A stretch of 64,000 bases of DNA from Eledone cirrhosa (Eukaryota). The translations under genes and the position numbers were made by a program. Below the pieces are notes generated by a model. That model did not search any database and had not been told where the DNA came from. It worked only from the letters and a program-made list of their open reading frames with translations. Below are positions 37,601 through 50,150 of the stretch, piece by piece. The first letter of the stretch is position 1; each line of letters opens with the position of its first letter. Where the stretch lies: the NCBI GenBank assembly GCA_964016885.1, contig OZ024762.1, positions 29,636,001-29,700,000 on the forward strand, given 5' to 3'.

Positions 37601-40600
37601 GGAGATTTTTACCGTGTTGCCTACACGGCCACATTACAGCGTGGACTGTCTGGCGGGTTTTCTACGGCTGGATGCCCTTCCTAACACCAACCACATTCAG
37701 TGTGGGGTTGCGAGGTTTTTACTGTGTTGCTTACACGGCCACATTATAGCGTGGACTGTCTGGCGGGTTTTCTACGGCTGGATGCCCTTCCTAACACCAA
37801 CCACATTTACAGTGTGGACTGGGAGCTTTTTACCGTATTGCCTACACGGCCACATTACAGCGTGGACTGTCTGGCGGGTTATCTACGGCTGGATGCCCTT
37901 CCTAACACCAACCAAATTTACAGTGTGGACTGGGAGGTTTTTACCGTGTTGCCTACACGGCCACATTACAGCGTGGACTGTCTGGCGGGTTTTCTACGGC
38001 TGGATGCCCTTTCTAACACCAACCACATTTACATTGTGGACTGGGAGATTTTTACCGTGTTGCCTACACGGCCACATTACAGCGTGGACTGACTGGCGGG
38101 TTTTCTACAGCTGGATGCTCTTCCTAACACCAACCACATTTACAGTGTGGACTGGGAGATTTTTACCGTGTTGCCTACACGGCCACATTACAGCGTGGAC
38201 TGTCTGGCGGGTTTTCTACGGCTGGATGCCCTTCCTAACACCAACCACATTTACAGTGTGGGGCTGGGAGGTTTTTACTGTGTTGCCTACACAGCCACAC
38301 TACAGCGTGGACTGTCTGGCGGGTTTTCTACAGCTGGATGCCCTTCCTAACACCAACTACGTTTACAGTGTGGAACTGGGAGGTTTTTACCGTGTTGCCT
38401 ACACGGCCACATTACAGCGTGGACTGTCTGGCGGGTTTTCTACGGCTGGATGCCCTTCCTAACACCAACCACATTTACAGTGTGGGCTGGGAGATTTTTA
38501 CCGTGTTGCCTACACGGCCACATTACAGCGTGGACTGTCTGGCGGGTTTTCTACAGCTGGATGCCCTTCCTAACACCAACCACATTTACAGTGTGGACTG
38601 GGAGATTTTTACCGTGTTGCCTACACGGCCACATTACAGCGTGGACTGTCTGGCGGGTTTTCTACGGCTGGATGCCCTTCCCAACACCAACCACATTTAC
38701 AGTGTGGACTGGGAGGTTTTTACCGGGTTGCCTACACGGCCACATTACAGCGTGGACTGTCTGGCGGGTTATCTACGGCTGGATGCCCTTCCTAACACCA
38801 ACCACATTTACAGTGTGGACTGGGAGGTTTTTACCGTGTTGCCTACACGGCCACATTACAGCGTGGACTGTCTGGCGGGTTTTCTACAGCTGGATGCCCT
38901 TCCTAACACCAACTACGCTTACAGTGTGGACTGGGAGGTTTTTACCGTGTTGCCTACACGGCCACATTACAGCGTGGACTATCTGGCGGGTTTTCTACAG
39001 CTGGATGCCCTTCCTAACACCAACCACATTTACAGTGTGGACTGGGAGATTTTTACCGTGTTGCCTACACGGCCACATTACAGCGTGGACTGTCTGGCGG
39101 GTTTTCTACGGCTGGATGCCCTTCCTAACACCAACCACATTCAGTGTGGGGTTGCGAGGTTTTTACTGTGTTGCTTACACGGCCACATTATAGCGTGGAC
39201 TGTCTGGCGGGTTTTCTACGGCTGGATGCCCTTCCTAACACCAACCACATTTACAGTGTGGACTGGGAGCTTTTTACCGTATTGCCTACACGGCCACATT
39301 ACAGCGTGGTCTGTCTGGCGGGTTATCTACGGCTGGATGCCCTTCCTAACACCAACCACATTTACAGTGTGGACTGGGAGATTTTTACCGTGTTGCCTAC
39401 ACGGCCACATTAAAGCGTGGACTGTCTGGCGGGTTTTCTACGGCTGGATGCCCTTCCTAACACCAACCACATTTACAGTGTGGACTGGGAGGTTTTTACC
39501 GTGTTGCCTACACGGCCACATTACAGCGTGGACTGTCTGGCGGGTTATCTACGGCTGGATGCCCTTCCTAACACCAACCACATTTACAGTGTGGAACTGG
39601 GAGGTTTTTACCGTGTTGCCTACACGGCCACATTACAGCGTGGACTGTCTGGCGGGTTATCTACGGCTGGATGCCCTTCCCAACACCAACCACATTTACA
39701 GTGTGGACTGGGAGGTTTTTACCGGGTTGCCTACACGGCCACATTACAGCGTGGACTGTCTGGCGGGTTATCTACGGCTGGATGCCCTTCCTAACACCAA
39801 CCACATTTACAGTGTGGACTGGGAGGTTTTTACCGTGTTGCCTACACGGCCACATTACAGCGTGGACTGTCTGGCGGGTTATCTACGGCTGGATGCCCTT
39901 CCCAACACCAACCACATTTACAGTGTGGACTGGGAGGTTTTTACCGTGTTGCCTACACGGCCACATTACAGCGTGGACTGTCTGGCGGGTTTTCTACAGC
40001 TGGATGCCCTTCCTAACACCAACTACGCTTACAGTGTGGACTGGGAGGTTTTTACCGTGTTGCCTACACGGCCACATTACAGCGTGGACTATCTGGCGGG
40101 TTTTCTACAGCTGGATGCCCTTCCTAACACCAACCACATTTACAGTGTGGACTGGGAGATTTTTACCGTGTTGCCTACACGGCCACATTACAGCGTGGAC
40201 TGTCTGGCGGGTTTTCTACGGCTGGATGCCCTTCCTAACACCAACCACATTTACAGTGTGGGGCTGGGAGGTTTTTACTGTGTTGCCTACACAGCCACAC
40301 TACAGCGTGGACTGTCTGGCGGGTTTTCTACAGCTGGATGCCCTTCCTAACACCAACTACGTTTACAGTGTGGAACTGGGAGGTTTTTACCGTGTTGCCT
40401 ACACGGCCACATTACAGCGTGGACTGTCTGGCGGGTTTTCTACGGCTGGATGCCCTTCCTAACACCAACCACATTTACAGTGTGGGCTGGGAGATTTTTA
40501 CCGTGTTGCCTACACGGCCACATTACAGCGTGGACTGTCTGGCGGGTTTTCTACAGCTGGATGCCCTTCCTAACACCAACCACATTTACAGTGTGGACTG

Positions 40601-43600
40601 GGAGATTTTTACCGTGTTGCCTACACGGCCACATTACAGCGTGGACTGTCTGGCGGGTTTTCTACGGCTGGATGCCCTTCCCAACACCAACCACATTTAC
40701 AGTGTGGACTGGGAGGTTTTTACCGGGTTGCCTACACGGCCACATTACAGCGTGGACTGTCTGGCGGGTTATCTACGGCTGGATGCCCTTCCTAACACCA
40801 ACCACATTTACAGTGTGGACTGGGAGGTTTTTACCGTGTTGCCTACACGGCCACATTACAGCGTGGACCGTCTGGCGGGTTTTCTACAGCTGGATGCCCT
40901 TCCTAACACCAACTACGCTTACAGTGTGGACTGGGAGGTTTTTACCGTGTTGCCTACACGGCCACATTACAGCGTGGACTATCTGGCGGGTTTTCTACAG
41001 CTGGATGCCCTTCCTAACACCAACCACATTTACAGTGTGGACTGGGAGATTTTTACCGTGTTGCCTACACGGCCACATTACAGCGTGGACTGTCTGGCGG
41101 GTTTTCTACGGCTGGATGCCCTTCCTAACACCAACCACATTCAGTGTGGGGTTGCGAGGTTTTTACTGTGTTGCTTACACGGCCACATTATAGCGTGGAC
41201 TGTCTGGCGGGTTTTCTACGGCTGGATGCCCTTCCTAACACCAACCACATTTACAGTGTGGACTGGGAGCTTTTTACCGTATTGCCTACACGGCCACATT
41301 ACAGCGTGGACTATCTGGCGGGTTTTCTACAGCTGGATGCCCTTCCTAACACCAACCACATTTACAGTGTGGACTGCGAGGTTTTTACCGTGTTGCCTAC
41401 ACGGCCACATTACAGCGTGGACTGTCTGGCGGGTTATCTACGGCTGGATGCCCTTCCTAACACCAACCACATTTACAGTGTGGAACTGGGAGGTTTTTAC
41501 CGTGTTGCCTACACGGCCACATTACAGCGTGGACTGTCTGGCGGGTTATCTACGGCTGGATGCCCTTCCTAACACCAACCACATTTACAGTGTGGACTGG
41601 GAGATTTTTACCGTGTTGCCTACACGGCCACATTACAGCGTGGACTGTCTGGCGGGTTTTCTACGGCTGGATGCCCTTCCTAACACCAACCACATTTAGT
41701 GTGGGGTTGCGAGGTTTTTACTGTGTTGCCTACACGGCCACATTACAGCGTGGACTGTCTGGCGGGTTTTCTACGGCTGGATGCCCTTCCTAACACCAAC
41801 CACATTTACATTGTGGACTGGGATATTTTTACCGTGTTGCCTACACGGCCACATTACAGCGTGGACTGACTGGCGGGTTTTCTACAGCTGGATGCTCTTC
41901 CTAACACCAACCACATTTACAGTGTGGACTGGGAGATTTTTACCGTGTTGCCTACACGGCCACATTACAGCGTGGACTGTCTGGCGGGTTTTCTACGGCT
42001 GGATGCCCTTCCTAACACCAACCACATTTACAGTGTGGGGCTGGGAGGTTTTTACTGTGTTGCCTACACAGCCACACTACAGCGTGGACTGTCTGGCGGG
42101 TTTTCTACAGCTGGATGCCCTTCCTAACACCAACTACGTTTACAGTGTGGAACTGGGAGGTTTTTACCGTGTTGCCTACACGGCCACATTACAGCGTGGA
42201 CTGTCTGGCGGGTTTTCTACGGCTGGATGCCCTTCCTAACACCAACCACATTTACAGTGTGGGCTGGGAGATTTTTACCGTGTTGCCTACACGGCCACAT
42301 TACAGCGTGGACTGTCTGGCGGGTTTTCTACAGCTGGATGCCCTTCCTAACACCAACCACATTTACAGTGTGGACTGGGAGATTTTTACCGTGTTGCCTA
42401 CACGGCCACATTACAGCGTGGACTGTCTGGCGGGTTTTCTACGGCTGGATGCCCTTCCCAACACCAACCACATTTACAGTGTGGACTGGGAGGTTTTTAC
42501 CGGGTTGCCTACACGGCCACATTACAGCGTGGACTGTCTGGCGGGTTATCTACGGCTGGATGCCCTTCCTAACACCAACCACATTTACAGTGTGGACTGG
42601 GAGGTTTTTACCGTGTTGCCTACACGGCCACATTACAGCGTGGACTGTCTGGCGGGTTTTCTACAGCTGGATGCCCTTCCTAACACCAACTACGCTTACA
42701 GTGTGGACTGGGAGGTTTTTACCGTGTTGCCTACACGGCCACATTACAGCGTGGACTATCTGGCGGGTTTTCTACAGCTGGATGCCCTTCCTAACACCAA
42801 CCACATTTACAGTGTGGACTGGGAGATTTTTACCGTGTTGCCTACACGGCCACATTACAGCGTGGACTGTCTGGCGGGTTTTCTACGGCTGGATGCCCTT
42901 CCTAACACCAACCACATTCAGTGTGGGGTTGCGAGGTTTTTACTGTGTTGCTTACACGGCCACATTATAGCGTGGACTGTCTGGCGGGTTTTCTACGGCT
43001 GGATGCCCTTCCTAACACCAACCACATTTACAGTGTGGACTGGGAGCTTTTTACCGTATTGCCTACACGGCCACATTACAGCGTGGACTGTCTGGCGGGT
43101 TATCTACGGCTGGATGCCCTTCCTAACACCAACCACATTTACAGTGTGGACTGGGAGATTTTTACCGTGTTGCCTACACGGCCACATTACAGCGTGGACT
43201 GTCTGGCGGGTTTTCTACGGCTGGATGCCCTTCCTAACACCAACCACATTTACAGTGTGGACTGGGAGGTTTTTACCGTGTTGCCTACACGGCCACATTA
43301 CAGCGTGGACTGTCTGGCGGGTTATCTACGGCTGGATGCCCTTCCTAACACCAACCACATTTACAGTGTGGAACTGGGAGGTTTTTACCGTGTTGCCTAC
43401 ACGGCCACATTACAGCGTGGACTGTCTGGCGGGTTATCTACGGCTGGATGCCCTTCCCAACACCAACCACATTTACAGTGTGGACTGGGAGGTTTTTACC
43501 GGGTTGCCTACACGGCCACATTACAGCGTGGACTGTCTGGCGGGTTATCTACGGCTGGATGCCCTTCCTAACACCAACCACATTTACAGTGTGGACTGGG

Positions 43601-44900
43601 AGGTTTTTACCGTGTTGCCTACACGGCCACATTACAGCGTGGACTGTCTGGCGGGTTTTCTACAGCTGGATGCCCTTCCTAACACCAACTACGCTTACAG
43701 TGTGGACTGGGAGGTTTTTACCGTGTTGCCTACACGGCCACATTACAGCGTGGACTATCTGGCGGGTTTTCTACAGCTGGATGCCCTTCCTAACACCAAC
43801 CACATTTACAGTGTGGACTGGGAGATTTTTACCGTGTTGCCTACACGGCCACATTACAGCGTGGACTGTCTGGCGGGTTTTCTACGGCTGGATGCCCTTC
43901 CTAACACCAACCACATTTACAGTGTGGGGCTGGGAGGTTTTTACTGTGTTGCCTACACAGCCACACTACAGCGTGGACTGTCTGGCGGGTTTTCTACAGC
44001 TGGATGCCCTTCCTAACACCAACTACGTTTACAGTGTGGAACTGGGAGGTTTTTACCGTGTTGCCTACACGGCCACATTACAGCGTGGACTGTCTGGCGG
44101 GTTTTCTACGGCTGGATGCCCTTCCTAACACCAACCACATTTACAGTGTGGGCTGGGAGATTTTTACCGTGTTGCCTACACGGCCACATTACAGCGTGGA
44201 CTGTCTGGCGGGTTTTCTACAGCTGGATGCCCTTCCTAACACCAACCACATTTACAGTGTGGACTGGGAGATTTTTACCGTGTTGCCTACACGGCCACAT
44301 TACAGCGTGGACTGTCTGGCGGGTTTTCTACGGCTGGATGCCCTTCCCAACACCAACCACATTTACAGTGTGGACTGGGAGGTTTTTACCGGGTTGCCTA
44401 CACGGCCACATTACAGCGTGGACTGTCTGGCGGGTTATCTACGGCTGGATGCCCTTCCTAACACCAACCACATTTACAGTGTGGACTGGGAGGTTTTTAC
44501 CGTGTTGCCTACACGGCCACATTACAGCGTGGACCGTCTGGCGGGTTTTCTACAGCTGGATGCCCTTCCTAACACCAACTACGCTTACAGTGTGGACTGG
44601 GAGGTTTTTACCGTGTTGCCTACACGGCCACATTACAGCGTGGACTATCTGGCGGGTTTTCTACAGCTGGATGCCCTTCCTAACACCAACCACATTTACA
44701 GTGTGGACTGGGAGATTTTTACCGTGTTGCCTACACGGCCACATTACAGCGTGGACTGTCTGGCGGGTTTTCTACGGCTGGATGCCCTTCCTAACACCAA
44801 CCACATTCAGTGTGGGGTTGCGAGGTTTTTACTGTGTTGCTTACACGGCCACATTATAGCGTGGACTGTCTGGCGGGTTTTCTACGGCTGGATGCCCTTC
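29700..44900 (+). repeat. Nested higher-order duplications in the homogeneous core (offsets 4112, 3111 and 3777 bp = 37, 28 and 34 monomers; shorter spacings 1333, 1778, 1889 and 2000 bp)
   Basis: Offset 4112: ORF pairs 30226/34338 and 31921/36033. Offset 3111: 35227/38338 and 36033/39144. Offset 3777: 38338/42115 and 39144/42921. Module starts lie at 31115, 33004, 35227, 37005, 38338, 40338, 42115 and 44004. Confidence 0.8.
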
Positions 44901-47900
44901 CTAACACCAACCACATTTACAGTGTGGACTGGGAGCTTTTTACCGTATTGCCTACACGGCCACATTACAGCGTGGACTGTCTGGCGGGTTATCTACGGCT
45001 GGATGCCCTTCCTAACACCAACCAAATTTACAGTGTGGACTGGGAGGTTTTTACCGTGTTGCCTACACGGCCACATTACAGCGTGGACTGTCTGGCGGGT
45101 TTTCTACGGCTGGATGCCCTTCCTAACACCAACCACATTTACATTGTGGACTGGGAGATTTTTACCGTGTTGCCTACACGGCCACATTACAGCGTGGACT
45201 GACTGGCGGGTTTTCTACAGCTGGATGCTCTTCCTAACACCAACCACATTTACAGTGTGGACTGGGAGATTTTTACCGTGTTGCCTACACGGCCACATTA
45301 CAGCGTGGACTGTCTGGCGGGTTTTCTACGGCTGGATGCCCTTCCTAACACCAACCACATTTACAGTGTGGGTCTGGGAGGTTTTTACTGTGTTGCCTAC
45401 ACAGCCACATTACAGCGTGGACTGTCTGGCGGGTTTTCTACAGCTGGATGCCCTTCCTAACACCAACTACGTTTACAGTGTGGAACTGGGAGGTTTTTAC
45501 CGTGTTGCCTACACGGCCACATTACAGCGTGGACTGTCTGGCGGGTTTTCTACGGCTGGATGCCCTTCCTAACACCAACCACATTTACAGTGTGGGCTGG
45601 GAGGTTTTTACCGCGTTGCCTACACGGCCACATTACAGTGTGGACTGTCTGGCGGGTTTTCTACAGCTGGATGCCCTTCCTAACACCAACTACGCTTACA
45701 GTGTGGAACTGGGAGGTTTTTACCGTGTTGCCTACACGGCCACATTACAGCGTGGACTGTCTGGCGGGTTTTCTACAGCTGGATGCCCTTCCTAACACCA
45801 ACCACATTTACAGTGTGGACTGGGAGATTTTTACCGTGTTGCCTACACGGCCACATTACAGCGTGGACTGTCTGGCGGGTTTTCTACGGCTGGATGCCCT
45901 TCCTAACACCAACCACATTTACAGTGTGGACTGGGAGGTTTTTACCGTGTTGCCTACAAGGCCACATTACAGCGTGGACTGTCTGGCGGGTTTTCTACGG
46001 CTGGATGCCCTTCCTAACACCAACCACATTTACATTGTGGACAGGGAGATTTTTACCGTGTTGCCTACACGGCCACATTACAGCGTGGACTGTCTGGCGG
46101 GTTTTCTACAGCTGGATGCCCTTCCTAACACCAAGCACATTTACAGTGTGGACTGGGAGATTTTTACTGTGTTGCCTACACGGCCACATTACAGCGTGGA
46201 CTGTCTGGCGGGTTTTCTACGGCTGGATGCCCTTCCTAACACCAACCACATTTACAGTGTGGACTGGGAGGTTTTTACCGGGTTGCCTACACGGCCACAT
46301 TACAGCGTGGACTGTCTGGCGGGTTATCTACGGCTGGATGCCCTTCCTAACACCAACCACATTTACAGTGTGGACTGGGAGGTTTTTACCGTGTTGCCTA
46401 CACGGCCACATTACAGCGTGGACTGTCTGGCGGGTTTTCTACAGCTGGATGCCCTTCCTAACACCAACTACGTTTACAGTGTGGAACTGGGAGGTTTTTC
46501 CCGTGTTGCCTACACGGCCACATTACAGCGTGGACTGTCTGGCGGGTTTTCTACAGCTGGATGCCCTTCCTAACACCAACCACATTTACAGTGTGGACTG
46601 GGAGATTTTTACCGTGTTGCCTACACGGCCACATTACAGCGTGGACTGTCTGGCGGGTTTTCTACGGCTGGATGCCCTTCCTAACACCAACCACATTTAC
46701 AGTGTGGACTGCGAGGTTTTTACCGTGTTGCCTACACGGCCACATTACAGCGTGGACTGTCTGGCGGGTTATCTACGGCTGGATGCCCTTCCTAACACCA
46801 ACCACATTTACAGTGTGGAACTGGGAGGTTTTTACCGTGTTGCCTACACGGCCACATTACAGCGTGGACTGTCTGGCGGGTTATCTACGGCTGGATGCCC
46901 TTCCTAACACCAACCACATTTACAGTGTGGACTGGGAGATTTTTACCGTGTTGCCTACACGGCCACATTACAGCGTGGACTGTCTGGCGGGTTTTCTACG
47001 GCTGGATGCCCTTCCTAACACCAACCACATTTAGTGTGGGGTTGCGAGGTTTTTACTGTGTTGCCTACACGGCCACATTACAGCGTGGACTGTCTGGCGG
47101 GTTTTCTACGGCTGGATGCCCTTCCTAACACCAACCACATTTACATTGTGGACTGGGATATTTTTACCGTGTTGCCTACACGGCCACATTACAGCGTGGA
47201 CTGACTGGCGGGTTTTCTACAGCTGGATGCTCTTCCTAACACCAACCACATTTACAGTGTGGACTGGGAGATTTTTACCGTGTTGCCTACACGGCCACAT
47301 TACAGCGTGGACTGTCTGGCGGGTTTTCTACGGCTGGATGCCCTTCCTAACACCAACCACATTTACAGTGTGGGGCTGGGAGGTTTTTACTGTGTTGCCT
47401 ACACAGCCACACTACAGCGTGGACTGTCTGGCGGGTTTTCTACAGCTGGATGCCCTTCCTAACACCAACTACGTTTACAGTGTGGAACTGGGAGGTTTTT
47501 ACCGTGTTGCCTACACGGCCACATTACAGCGTGGACTGTCTGGCGGGTTTTCTACAGCTGGATGCCCTTCCTAACACCAACCACATTTACAGTGTGGACT
47601 GGGAGATTTTTACCGTGTTGCCTACACGGCCACATTACAGCGTGGACTGTCTGGCGGGTTTTCTACGGCTGGATGCCCTTCCCAACACCAACCACATTTA
47701 CAGTGTGGACTGGGAGGTTTTTACCGGGTTGCCTACACGGCCACATTACAGCGTGGACTGTCTGGCGGGTTATCTACGGCTGGATGCCCTTCCTAACACC
47801 AACCACATTTACAGTGTGGACTGGGAGGTTTTTACCGTGTTGCCTACACGGCCACATTACAGCGTGGACTGTCTGGCGGGTTTTCTACAGCTGGATGCCC

Positions 47901-48650
47901 TTCCTAACACCAACTACGCTTACAGTGTGGACTGGGAGGTTTTTACCGTGTTGCCTACACGGCCACATTACAGCGTGGACTATCTGGCGGGTTTTCTACA
48001 GCTGGATGCCCTTCCTAACACCAACCACATTTACAGTGTGGACTGGGAGATTTTTACCGTGTTGCCTACACGGCCACATTACAGCGTGGACTGTCTGGCG
48101 GGTTTTCTACGGCTGGATGCCCTTCCTAACACCAACCACATTCAGTGTGGGGTTGCGAGGTTTTTACTGTGTTGCTTACACGGCCACATTATAGCGTGGA
48201 CTGTCTGGCGGGTTTTCTACGGCTGGATGCCCTTCCTAACACCAACCACATTTACAGTGTGGACTGGGAGCTTTTTACCGTATTGCCTACACGGCCACAT
48301 TACAGCGTGGACTGTCTGGCGGGTTATCTACGGCTGGATGCCCTTCCTAACACCAACCACATTTACAGTGTGGTCTGGGAGATTTTTACCGTGTTGCCTA
48401 CACGGCCACATTACAGCGTGGACTGTCTGGCGGGTTTTCTACGGCTGGATGCCCTTCCTAACACCAACCACATTTACAGTGTGGACTGGGAGGTTTTTAC
48501 CGTGTTGCCTACACGGCCACATTACAGCGTGGACTGTCTGGCGGGTTATCTACGGCTGGATGCCCTTCCTAACACCAACCACATTTACAGTGTGGAACTG
48601 GGAGGTTTTTACCGTGTTGCCTACACGGCCACATTACAGCGTGGACTGTC
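43450..48650 (+). repeat. Long-range duplicate of about 27000-32400 (offset 16446, stepping to 16335 and 16224 by single-monomer losses)
   Basis: ORF pairs 27558/44004, 29114/45560, 30226/46561 and 31921/48145. The rare ACCGCGTTG variant is at about 29164 and 45610. Confidence 0.82.
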
Positions 48651-50150
48651 TGGCGGGTTTTCTACGGCTGGATGCTATTCCTAACACCAACCACATTTAC
48701 ATTTTGGACTGGGAGATTTTTACCGTGTTGCCTACACGGCCACATTACAGCGTGGACTGACTGGCGGGTTTTCTACAGCTGGATGCTCTTCCTAACACCA
48801 ACCACATTTACAGTGTGGACTGGCAAATTTTTACCGTGTTGCCTACACGGCCACATTACAGCGTGGACTGTCTGGCGGGTTTTCTACGGCTGGATGCCCT
48901 TCCTAACACCAACCACATTTAGTGTGGGGTTGCGAGGTTTTTACTGTGTTGCCTACACGGCCACATTACAGCTTGGACTGTCTGGCGGGTTTTCTACGGC
49001 TGGATGCCCTTCCTAACACCAACCACATTTACATTGTGGACTGGGATATTTTTACCGTGTTGCCTACACGGCCACATTACAGCGTGGACTGACTGGCGGG
49101 TTTTCTACAGCTGGATGCTCTTCCTAACACCAACCACATTTACAGTGTGGACTGGGAGATTTTTACCGTGTTTCCTACACGGCCACATTACAGCGTGGAC
49201 TGTCTGGCGGGTTTTCTACGGCTGGATGCCCTTCCTAACACCAACCACATTTACAGTGTGGGGCTGGGAGGTTTTTACTGTGTTGCCTACACAGCCACAC
49301 TACAGCGTGGACTGTCTGGCGGGTTTTCTACAGCTGGATGCCCTTCCTAACACCAACTACGTTTACAGTGTGGAACTGGGAGGTTTTTACCGTGTTGCCT
49401 ACACCGCCACATTACAGCGTGGACTGTCTGGCGGGTTTTCTACGGCTGGATGCCCTTCCTAACACCAACCACATTTACAGTGTGGGCTGGGAGGTTTTTA
49501 CCGTGTTGCCTACACGGCCACATTACAGCGTGGACTGTCTGGCGGGTTTTCTACAGCTGGATGCCCTTCCTAACACCAACCACATTTACAGTGTGGACTG
49601 GGAGATTTTTACCGTGTTGCCTACACGGCCACATTACAGCGTGGACTGTCTGGCGGGTTTTCTACGGCTGGATGCCCTTCCCAACACCAACCACATTTAC
49701 AGTGTGGACTGGGAGGTTTTTACCGTGTTGCCTACACGGCCACATTACAGCGTGGATTGTCTGGCGGGTTTTCTACAGCTGGATGCCCTTCCTAACACCA
49801 ACTACGCTTACAGTGTGGACTGGGAGGTTTTTACCGTGTTGCCTACACGGCCACATTACAGCGTGGACTATCTGGCGGGTTTTCTACAGCTGGATGCCCT
49901 TCCTAACACCAACCACATTTACAGTGTGGACTGGGAGATTTTTACCGTGTTGCCTACACGGCCACATTACAGCGTGGACTGTCTGGCGGGTTTTCTACGG
50001 CTGGATGCCCTTCCTAACACCAACCACATTCAGTGTGGGGTTGCGAGGTTTTTACTGTGTTGCTTACACGGCCACATTATAGCGTGGACTGTCTGGCGGG
50101 TTTTCTACGGCTGGATGCCCTTCCTAACACCAACCACATTTACAGTGTGG
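48450..50150 (+). repeat. Long-range duplicate of about 17170-18870 (offset 31281 bp)
   Basis: ORF pairs 17391/48672, 17866/49147, 18057/49338, 18169/49450 and 18752/50033 all differ by 31281. Confidence 0.8.
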
